From assembly GCA_043779265.1 (NCBI GenBank), contig JAYWEM010000139.1:1-18228 (forward strand): a stretch of DNA of 18,228 nucleotides. The letters are read 5' to 3'. Positions within the stretch are counted from its first letter, which is position 1. Every line of letters begins with the position of its first letter. Position numbers and translations under genes: made by a program. Positions 1-6,752 of the stretch are shown piece by piece. A model generated the notes under the pieces. The model did not search any database, was not told the DNA's origin, and worked only from the letters and a program-made list of their open reading frames with translations. This stretch comes from a bacterium (GTDB lineage: Bacteria; Eisenbacteria; RBG-16-71-46).

Positions 1-505
1 CTCACGCCACTCTCCCGACTCTCCGCCTCGCGGCGTTGTCCTTGAACTGAGGCCCCTTCCCTCCACCGGCGTTACCCGGCTTCGTCGGTACTACGAGCCC
101 CTCCGCCACCCGATCCAACCCGGCCTGTCCCTCGCGGGCGTCCGGTTGGAGGTCGCTACCCTCCGCCGCATCGGGCTTCCCGTGTTGCGTTCCATCCCCG
201 TGTGCATGCATGCCGTCGCCACTACCCCGGCGGAACCGTTGGGGCTGTCGCTCATCCTCCCCAGCGGCGGCGGCCTTCCTCCAAATTCAGCGGAGTCGGC
301 TTCCGCATCACCCTTCTCGAGGCCTGCTCGGCGTTCACTCGCGTTACGGCCCGCATGCTCGCCAGGTCACCCTGCGGTGACCCTCTACATCGAAGGCTCC
401 GTCGAGTTCGTCGCCTCCCTCGACGCTCCGATTGCTACCGGCTGGAGCGACAGTTGCCGGGCGGGATTCACACCCGCTGAGGACGTACGCCTTTTCACGG
501 CGCAC
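1..505 (-). mobile_element. Group II intron, 5' part (domains I-III and start of IV), probably IIB-type structure; inserted in an attC site and truncated by the window edge
   Basis: Minus strand starts with canonical GTGCG at 505 (GTGCGCCGTGAAAAGGCGT). Typical domain III at ~106-48 (GCGGAGGGGCTCGTAGTACCGACGAAGCCGGGTAACGCCGGTGGAGGGAAGGGGCCTCA). Id3 stem-loop GCCGACTCC-GCTGAATTT-GGAGGAAGGC has a loop TGAAT (289-285) complementary to the last 5 exon nt ATTCA (510-506). A probable RT start GTG at 5-3 follows GGAGAG. Confidence 0.9.
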
Positions 506-524
506 TGAATAGGTCGGGTTAGGC
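506..524 (-). other. Left arm (R'' plus part of L'') of the attC of cassette 2, interrupted by the intron
   Basis: Minus strand GCCTAAC (RYYYAAC) at 524-518. The extended GTGCTGCCTAAC (529-518) is the perfect 12-nt reverse complement of the cassette start GTTAGGCAGCAC (1060-1049). The intron begins 12 nt after the AAC. Confidence 0.85.
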
Positions 525-570
525 AGCACCACGTGCGCGAGGACTGGACGTCTTGATTCTGTAGCAGGAC

Positions 571-939
571 CTACTTCATGGAGTGAAGGCCGACCTTGTT
601 GCCTTCCGTGTCTACGAAGTGGGCAAAAAAGCCAAAGTCATTGCCGATCTCGGTCTTCGGCACAACTACTGACCCTCCTGCGTGCTCCACTCGGGCAAGC
701 ATTGGGGCCAAGTCGTCTCCACCATTGAGGTATACGAGTGTCCCGTTCTTGGATGGTGAGCCGTCCTCGCTGTGCACTATGGCCCCGCCAACAGCATTCG
801 GGTCGGAGGACAGCATTCCCATCATGATCGGGCCCATGGCCATCGGTTCGATGGTGATACCAAGCACCTTCTCGTAGAAGGACTTGGCGCGGGTGAAGTC
901 TATGACAGGGATCTCAAACCAGCTCACTGCGTGGGCCAT
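571..939 (-). CDS. VOC/glyoxalase/bleomycin-resistance family protein (integron cassette 2)
   Basis: 122 aa: WFEIPVIDFTRAKSFYEKVLG...GGSVVVPKTEIG...FAHFVDTEGNKVGL, a typical VOC fold. RBS AGGAGAG upstream. Lower GC than the host genes. Confidence 0.92.
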   Translation of the reverse strand: MAHAVSWFEIPVIDFTRAKSFYEKVLGITIEPMAMGPIMMGMLSSDPNAVGGAIVHSEDGSPSKNGTLVYLNGGDDLAPMLARVEHAGGSVVVPKTEIGNDFGFFAHFVDTEGNKVGLHSMK

Positions 940-1053
940 GTAGCTCTCCTTGTGGATGAGGGGGGGGGGGGTGAAAAGTAACGGCGTGATTCTGCACTGT
1001 CTGGAGTGAGCGGTAGTTTCGGTCGCCGACCGGGGAACTGAATTGACTGTGCT

Positions 1054-1113
1054 GCCTAACGCGCAGCATCAGCGGCGGCGCGAAGCGCCGTCCGCTGCAT
1101 GCTGTTGTTGGGC
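1054..1113 (-). other. Complete 60-bp attC recombination site of cassette 1
   Basis: Minus strand GCCCAAC-AACAGCATGCAGCGGACGGCGCTTCGCGCCGCCGCTGATGCTGCGC-GTTAGGC. RYYYAAC and GTTRRRY ends, an imperfect palindrome with bulged bases and a short TTCG loop. Starts 4 nt after the HNH stop codon. Confidence 0.95.
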
Positions 1114-1117
1114 GGCG

Positions 1118-1780
1118 TCATCGATCCTTCTTTCCTTGGTTGCATTTCCGACACAGTGTTTGGAGGTTTGCGAGGTCATTCGATCCGCCTCTGGCTACGG
1201 CGACCACATGATCGACCTCAAGCTCCACCGAATGGTCGTTTGAGGGCGCCGCGCCACACTTCGCGCAACGGTAGTTGTCGCGCTTCAAGACAGCCCACCT
1301 GTCCTTCAATGGAATGGTCTCGCGAACCTGCCGGTCTGAGTCCCCGGTGAGGAGTTGCTCGCGGGAGATCCGGCCGTCGTGAAACGCCGCCAGCGCCTCG
1401 CAAGCTCCGCGGACGCTACCCCAGTAGCGCTTGTAGGGCGTCTCCGAGATCCGTTTGCCGAGTTGCGCAATCTGCCTCTTGCCAGGGGGAAACCCGAGTT
1501 CCTTCCAAACTTCTTCGAGGTTCTCGATCAACTGAGCGGGCTCGTGACGCCGCTCACGACCGCCCTCAATTCCGATCAACGCAAGGGCCTTCTTCCACGA
1601 TCCGAAGCGCTCGATGACTGTCGCAGAGTGGGGACGCTTCCCGGGGAGCTTGTCGTATCGCGTGGAAGCGAAGTATCCCTCGCCCAGAGTCCCTGCAGCA
1701 GACTCCAGAGCTTGCAAGAGATCCCCGTCCGTCAGGCGGGTCCGCTTCGCCCCAAGATCGAACTTGAACTCTTCAGTCAC
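1118..1780 (-). CDS. HNH endonuclease with two N-terminal homing-endonuclease-associated-like repeats (integron cassette 1)
   Basis: C-terminal CAKC...LEVDHVVAVARGGSNDLANLQTLCRKCNQGK zinc-HNH motif. Two repeats end in RFGSWKKAL and RYWGSVRGAC. Likely start is GTG 1780 after AGGAG (1795-1791); the ORF-track TTG at 1804 lies inside the recombination core. Confidence 0.9.
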   Translation of the reverse strand: MTEEFKFDLGAKRTRLTDGDLLQALESAAGTLGEGYFASTRYDKLPGKRPHSATVIERFGSWKKALALIGIEGGRERRHEPAQLIENLEEVWKELGFPPGKRQIAQLGKRISETPYKRYWGSVRGACEALAAFHDGRISREQLLTGDSDRQVRETIPLKDRWAVLKRDNYRCAKCGAAPSNDHSVELEVDHVVAVARGGSNDLANLQTLCRKCNQGKKDR

Positions 1781-1798
1781 TTCCGCGTCACTCCTGCC

Positions 1799-1840
1799 GC
1801 CCAACGCGTAGTGGACGGTTCTGCGTAATCAGCTACGCAC
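1799..1840 (-). other. Putative attI site (core GTTGGGC)
   Basis: Minus GTTGGGCGGC (1805-1796) is the perfect 10-nt reverse complement of GCCGCCCAAC at the other end of cassette 1 (1116-1107). No RYYYAAC partner is seen between it and intI, so it is attI-like rather than an attC. The upstream boundary is uncertain. Confidence 0.7.
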
Positions 1841-2005
1841 CCCCGCCCGGTCAGTGTAGTCAGCTTGGCAGATCGCTTCATACTCGAATCCCCCGCTCGC
1901 ATCCGGCCCCCTCGCTCAGCGACACGGCCACCATGTAGCAGGATACGCCGCAGCACGCTGGCGGTGTAGCACCGCCTGGCTCTGTCGGCGTGCCCGACGC
2001 CGCCC

Positions 2006-3100
2006 TCATCCCCACCCCCCATCCAGCGGGCTGCGCACACCGCGGCCGCCGCGGTTCAGCACGTGGGTGTAGATCATGGTCGTGCTCACGTCTCGGTGAC
2101 CCAGCAGCTCCTGGATCGTTCGGATGTCATAGCCCGCCTCGAGGAGATGCGTCGCGAACGAGTGCCGCAGCGTGTGGCACGAAGCGCGCTTCGTGATCCC
2201 GGCGCGCTGCACCGCAGCCCGCACCGCCTTCTGCACCACCGACTCGTGCAGGTGATGCCGACGTTCGAGCCCGGTGGCGGGGTCGCGGTAGTGGCGCGTG
2301 GCGGGGAACACCCACTGCCACGCCAAGTCGAACGCGGCGCGCGGGTACTTTCGCGCCAGCGCGTCGGGCATCTCCACACTGCCACGACCGCCGGCCAGAT
2401 CCTGCGCGTGCTGGGCCCGCACGCGCTCGATCTGCGCGGCGATCTGCGGCACGAGCCGCTTCGGCGGCATGGTCATGCGATCGCGCGCGCCCTTGCCGTC
2501 GCGCACCACGAGTTCGCCGCGCGCGAGATCCACGTCTTTCACGCGCAGCCGACAGCCCTCGAGCAGCCGCAGCCCCGAGCCGTAGAGCAGCGACGCGATC
2601 AGCGCTTCGGGGCCGCGAAGATGCCCGAGCACCGCCGCCACCTCCTCGCGCGTCAGCACCGACGGCACGCGCTCGGGGCGCCGTGCGCGCACCACATCGT
2701 CGAGCCAGCCGATCTCGGTGGCGAGCACATCGCGGTACAGGAACAGCAACGCGCTCAACGCCTGGTTCTGCGTCGAGGCGCTCATCCGACCCTGCGTCGC
2801 CAGGTGCGACAGGAATGCGGTCACTTCGGCGCGTCCCATCTCGGCCGGGTGCCGCTTGCCGTGGAAGAGCACGAAACGGCGCACCCAGCCCACGTACGCC
2901 TTCTCGGTGCGTCTGCTGTAGTGCCGCAGCCGGATCGCGTCGCGCACTCGGTCCAGCAGTCGCGGGGCTGCGGGCGCCGGCGGCGCGGGCGTGACTCGCC
3001 CTGAGCTCGGCGCTTCGCGCACGACCTCGGCCGCAGCCGCGTTCCACGGCGCGAACCGCCACGCATCGTTCGGTTGCCGCACCTGCCACATCGCTTCCAT
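2006..3100 (-). CDS. intI: Integron integrase (tyrosine recombinase, IntI family)
   Basis: [13 protein letters not shown]-terminal domain, [17 protein letters not shown], integron-specific insertion ALARKYPRA...WQWVFPA, and [39 protein letters not shown]. Start taken as ATG 3100 after GGGAG; the start is uncertain. Confidence 0.97.
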   Translation of the reverse strand: MEAMWQVRQPNDAWRFAPWNAAAAEVVREAPSSGRVTPAPPAPAAPRLLDRVRDAIRLRHYSRRTEKAYVGWVRRFVLFHGKRHPAEMGRAEVTAFLSHLATQGRMSASTQNQALSALLFLYRDVLATEIGWLDDVVRARRPERVPSVLTREEVAAVLGHLRGPEALIASLLYGSGLRLLEGCRLRVKDVDLARGELVVRDGKGARDRMTMPPKRLVPQIAAQIERVRAQHAQDLAGGRGSVEMPDALARKYPRAAFDLAWQWVFPATRHYRDPATGLERRHHLHESVVQKAVRAAVQRAGITKRASCHTLRHSFATHLLEAGYDIRTIQELLGHRDVSTTMIYTHVLNRGGRGVRSPLDGGWG

Positions 3101-3221
3101 CACGCGTCTCCCAGGGGCGATCACTCCGGCGCAAACCGCCCCCAACCCTCATCCCCCATCCCGCAACCCGTCAAGCAATACCGCGCGCGCCCACTCGCCC
3201 CACCCCACGCCAAACGAACCC

Positions 3222-3251
3222 TTGCCTCCCTGCACATCCGTGCAGTAGCCT
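3222..3251 (+). promoter_or_regulatory. Sigma70-like promoter (TTGCCT-N18-TAGCCT) with a LexA-box-like palindrome CTGCAC-ATCC-GTGCAG (3230-3245) in the spacer
   Basis: A perfect 6-4-6 palindrome lies between the -35 (3222-3227) and -10 (3246-3251). It fits the TGCNC-N4-GTGCA LexA motif described for Fibrobacter and is one mismatch from the Myxococcus LexA consensus as I recall them. It precedes error-prone polymerase genes. Confidence 0.7.
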
Positions 3252-3266
3252 CCCCCTCGCCAGGTC

Positions 3267-3521
3267 ATGCGAAGCGAAACCATCGACGAGCCCGTGGGTG
3301 TGCGCGCGGATTTCCATGGCGGAGTCATCACCCCGGTGATGTTCCGTCGGAAGAACCGCGACCACCGCGTCACCCGGGTCAACGCGCGGTGGCTCGATCG
3401 TGCGGGGCGCCACCCGAGGTTGTTCTTCTCGGTCACCGACGCCAGCGGCGACGTCTATCAGCTGCAGCTGCAGACCGGCGACATGTTGTGGTGGCTCGAC
3501 TCGGTCTCCCTGGAGGGATGA
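3267..3521 (+). CDS. Small DUF6504 / ImuB C-terminal-like beta-rich protein
   Basis: 84 aa: IDEPVGV...PVMFRRKNRDHRVTRVNARW...FFSVTDASGDVYQL...WWLDSV, the pattern of DUF6504-like proteins. First gene of a dinB/dnaE2 cluster. Confidence 0.78.
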   Translation: MRSETIDEPVGVRADFHGGVITPVMFRRKNRDHRVTRVNARWLDRAGRHPRLFFSVTDASGDVYQLQLQTGDMLWWLDSVSLEG

Positions 3522-3846
3522 TGTCCCGCTCCCCCTCGCTCTCGGCTGCGGCGTCTGGCGGTGCGCAGGATGCACACCGTCACTCGGGCACGAACCCCAC
3601 GGCACCCGTGCGTCCCGAGCACGGCGCCGCAGTCGAGCGCAGCACCGAGTCGGCCGCGCCACCACCGTCGGGAGGGCCCGCGTCCGGACTCGGCATCGCG
3701 GGGATGGCCGGTACGCCCGGCGCGGGCTCCTCTCACGAAACGTACACTCTGAGCCCCCGTGGAACAGATGCCGCTGACCTGAGAGGCTGTGCTGGCCAGA
3801 GGCGAAGGCACTGGCGCGCGACAACGCAAGTGAAGGGGGTCCAACG

Positions 3847-5445
3847 GTGACCAGCATGATTCGGCCAGACCCGGTGGGCGAGTGGTCAGAGGTCAAGCTC
3901 GAGATCATCCGCAAGTACGCGTCAGCCTACTCCAAGATCCTGAGCAGCCAAGCGCGCTTTGAGCACTACTACATCGACGGCTTCGCAGGATCCGGCGTTC
4001 ACCTATCGAAGGCCAGTGGCGAGCTGACTCCCGGCAGTCCGATCAACGCGCTCTACGTGAAGCCGCCATTCCGACGCCACTTCCTGATCGACCTGGACAG
4101 CTCGCAGATCGCCAGCCTGAAGGCGCTGCTCGGTGACCGGCCCGACATCGAACTCTTCGAGGGTGACTGCAATCGTGTGCTGCTCGACAAGGTGCTGCCG
4201 GAGGTCAGGTATGAGCAGTTTCGGCGGGCGCTCTGCCTTCTCGATCCATACGGCTTGCACCTGAACTGGGAGGTCGTCGCGGCGATAGGCAAGACGCGCA
4301 CCATCGACCTCTTCCTCAACTTCCCCATCATGGACATGAGTCGCAACGCGCTCTGGACAGAACCGGACAAGGTCCGCGCCCACGAAGCCGAGCGGATGAC
4401 AGCGTTCTGGGGCGACGAGACATGGCGCGACGCGGCTTATGCTGTCAGCCCACAGGAGAATCTCTTCGGTGAGAAGGCCACCGAGAAACTGCCGAACAGC
4501 GCAATCGTCGAGGCTTTCCGACAGCGCCTCAAGACGGTTGCAGGATTCGAGCACGTACCCGCACCTGTTCCGATGAAGAACAAGACACAGGCAGACATCT
4601 ACTACCTCTTCTTCGCCTCACCCAACGCAACCGCAGGCAAGATTGCCCGCGAGATCTTCGATGCCTCCCGCGGTGGCGGTCCCCGCGGCAGAGGAGCCCC
4701 CATGAGTGACCACTCCGCCATCGAATGGACCGACGCCACGTGGAACCCGGTCACCGGATGCAACAAGGTGAGTCCAGGGTGCAAGCACTGCTATGCGCAG
4801 GTGTTCTCCGAACGCTTCCGCGGCGTGCCGGGGCATCCGTTCGAACAGGGGTTCGACCTGCGCCTGTGGCCCGAGCGCATCGAACTGCCGCTTCGCTGGC
4901 GACAGCCCAAGCTCATCTTCGTCAACTCGATGAGCGACCTGTTCCACGAGCGCGTCCCCGACGAGTTCATCGCGCGCGTGTTCGGCACCATGCGCCAGGC
5001 GTCCTGGCATCGCTTCCAGGTGCTCACCAAGCGCCCCGAGCGCATGGCGCGGTTCGTCCGCGACCACCTCACCGACGGCCCGCCGCGGATCACGCATCCG
5101 AACGTCTGGCTGGGAACGAGTGTCGAGAGCGAGCGCTACGTGGGCCGCGCCGAGATCGTGGCATCGCTCGATGCGGCGGTGCGGTTCCTCTCGTGTGAGC
5201 CGCTGCTCGGCCCGCTCGACCTGCGCCACGTGCTCGGCCGCACGGGCATCAACTGGGTGATCGTCGGCGGCGAGAGTGGCCACGGGGCCCGCCCGATGGA
5301 CGCCGAGTGGGTGCGCGAGATCCGGCGCCAGTGCCGCACGGCCCGCGTGCCGTTCTTCTTCAAGCAGTGGGGCGGGCCGCAGAAGAGCCGCACGGGGCGC
5401 ATACTCGACAAGCGCACCTACGACGGCATGCCGGTGGCGCGGTAG
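3847..5445 (+). CDS. tcmP: In-frame fusion of three-Cys-motif partner protein TcmP (~aa 1-275) and DUF5131/phage Gp37-Gp68 family protein (from Met at 4702)
   Basis: N-part: VGEWSEVKLEIIRKY, YIDGFAGSG (SAM-binding-like), LLDPYG, IYYLFFAS. C-part: SAIEWTDATWNPVTGCNKVSPGCKHCYA, FVNSMSDLFH, LTKRP, SCEPLLG, WVIVGGESG, FFFKQWGG. No stop between them; internal RBS GAGGAG at 4691-4696 before ATG 4702. Confidence 0.88.
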   Translation: MTSMIRPDPVGEWSEVKLEIIRKYASAYSKILSSQARFEHYYIDGFAGSGVHLSKASGELTPGSPINALYVKPPFRRHFLIDLDSSQIASLKALLGDRPDIELFEGDCNRVLLDKVLPEVRYEQFRRALCLLDPYGLHLNWEVVAAIGKTRTIDLFLNFPIMDMSRNALWTEPDKVRAHEAERMTAFWGDETWRDAAYAVSPQENLFGEKATEKLPNSAIVEAFRQRLKTVAGFEHVPAPVPMKNKTQADIYYLFFASPNATAGKIAREIFDASRGGGPRGRGAPMSDHSAIEWTDATWNPVTGCNKVSPGCKHCYAQVFSERFRGVPGHPFEQGFDLRLWPERIELPLRWRQPKLIFVNSMSDLFHERVPDEFIARVFGTMRQASWHRFQVLTKRPERMARFVRDHLTDGPPRITHPNVWLGTSVESERYVGRAEIVASLDAAVRFLSCEPLLGPLDLRHVLGRTGINWVIVGGESGHGARPMDAEWVREIRRQCRTARVPFFFKQWGGPQKSRTGRILDKRTYDGMPVAR

Positions 5446-5447
5446 CT

Positions 5448-6674
5448 GTGGAGCCCACGCCCACCCACCCCCGCTCGGTCCTTCACGTCGACATCGACGC
5501 GTTCTTCGCCAGCATCGAGCAGCAACGAGACCCGCGGCTGCAGGGTCGGCCGGTCATCGTGGGCAATGGCGTGATCGCGTCGTGCTCCTACGAGGCGAGG
5601 CGGTTCGGGCTCAAGGCGGGCATGCCGCTCTCCGAGGCGCGCCGGCGCTGCCCCGAGGTGGTGATCCTCGATGGGCACGCGCAGATCTACCGCTGCTACG
5701 CCGAGCGCATCTTCGAACACTGCCGCGCGCTGTCGCCCGACGTCGAGACGTATCTCGATGAGGCCTACTTGGAGCTCACGGGCACCGAACGCGCGCACGG
5801 CGGCGACCTGCTGGCGGCGGCGGCGCGGCTGCGGCGCGACGTGCAAGAAGAGACCGGCCTCACGGTCACCTGCGGCCTGGGGCCCAATCGCATGCTGGCC
5901 AAGCTGGCGGGCAAGACGGTCAAGCCCGACGGGCTCGCGGCGGTGTCGGCCGAGGAGGCCGAGGAGTTCCTGGTGGCGCGGCCGATCGAGCAACTGGCGG
6001 GCGTGGGCCACGCGCACGCGCGCACGCTGCGCAGCATGAACCTGCGGATTATTGGAGAACTGCGCGCGCTGCCGATCGGCACGCTCGAGGCATTGTTCGG
6101 CGCGCCGGGCCGGCTGCTGTTCGAACGCTGCCGCGGCCGCGACACGGCGCCGGTGATGGCGCGCGAGGTGCCGGTGTCGCTCTCTCGCGAGACGTCGTTC
6201 CACGAGGACACATCCGACCCGCACATCGTCGAAGGCATGCTCGAGTACCTGGTGGGCCGCGCGTGCCGCGCCTGCCGCGAGCGCGGCCTGTCGCCGCGCA
6301 CGGTGGCGGTGCGCCTGCGCTGGAGCGATGGCGAGTGGGCCGAGCAAGCGCGCACGTTGGCCCAGCCCTCGGCCGTGGACCCGGTGGTGCTGGCACTGGC
6401 GCGCGACGTGCTCTCGCGGCTCGACACGCGGCGCGTCACGCTGCACGCGCTGGGCGTGGTGCTGTCGCAGTTCGTCTCGGGCGCCGCCGAGCAGGGCGCG
6501 CTGTTCGATGAACGAGAGGCCGGCCGACGCGCGGCGCTGTTCGAGGCGCTCGATGACGTGCGCGGAGCGTTCGGCCACGGCGCGGTGCTCTCGGGCCGCG
6601 CGCTGCACCTGAAGGGCCGCGTGAGGCAGGATCGCTACGGGCTCGTGCTGCGCACGCCTTCGTTGACGCAATAG
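5448..6674 (+). CDS. dinB: Y-family DNA polymerase (DinB / Pol IV-like)
   Basis: HVDIDAFFASIE, CSYEARRFG, YLDEAYL, NRMLAKLA...KPDG, and clamp-binding-like QGALF (6492-6506). GTG start 2 nt after the upstream stop. Confidence 0.93.
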   Translation: MEPTPTHPRSVLHVDIDAFFASIEQQRDPRLQGRPVIVGNGVIASCSYEARRFGLKAGMPLSEARRRCPEVVILDGHAQIYRCYAERIFEHCRALSPDVETYLDEAYLELTGTERAHGGDLLAAAARLRRDVQEETGLTVTCGLGPNRMLAKLAGKTVKPDGLAAVSAEEAEEFLVARPIEQLAGVGHAHARTLRSMNLRIIGELRALPIGTLEALFGAPGRLLFERCRGRDTAPVMAREVPVSLSRETSFHEDTSDPHIVEGMLEYLVGRACRACRERGLSPRTVAVRLRWSDGEWAEQARTLAQPSAVDPVVLALARDVLSRLDTRRVTLHALGVVLSQFVSGAAEQGALFDEREAGRRAALFEALDDVRGAFGHGAVLSGRALHLKGRVRQDRYGLVLRTPSLTQ

Positions 6675-6678
6675 CGAG

Positions 6679-6708
6679 TTGACAAATAATCAAGTGCGAA
6701 AATAACCT
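6679..6708 (+). promoter_or_regulatory. Sigma70 promoter TTGACA-N18-TAACCT with an overlapping inverted repeat TTGA-N7-TCAA (6679-6693)
   Basis: Consensus -35 in a conspicuously AT-rich patch directly upstream of an HTH antitoxin-like gene. Confidence 0.7.
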
Positions 6709-6752
6709 TGGAGCCACCATGGATGAGGACCCGAGAGGATGGAGGCGAGTCG

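Noticed and set aside
1..505. Classifying the intron as a standard IIC-attC element
   Set aside because: Orientation, insertion point and the long domain I-III region do not fit; the class cannot be fixed without the RT.
2..532. Short ORFs (69, 120, 92 and 62 aa) at the left end
   Set aside because: They overlie the structured intron RNA; no protein motifs.
1806..2005. A third attC or empty cassette between intI and cassette 1
   Set aside because: No RYYYAAC on the minus strand to pair with the GTTGGGC core; attI is the simpler reading.
3724..3790. Known riboswitch (TPP, SAM or SAH) upstream of tcmP
   Set aside because: Only a CTGAGAG word and short stems; the other conserved core elements were not found.
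5307..5447. N-terminal extensions from the ORF track (dinB 5307; also 6708, 13963, 14123, 16016, 17355)
   Set aside because: They overlap neighbouring genes or lack an RBS; downstream starts fit family N-termini better.
6679..6693. FNR box (TTGAT-N4-ATCAA)
   Set aside because: Spacing is one base too long and it overlaps the -35 of an HTH gene; an autoregulatory operator is more plausible.
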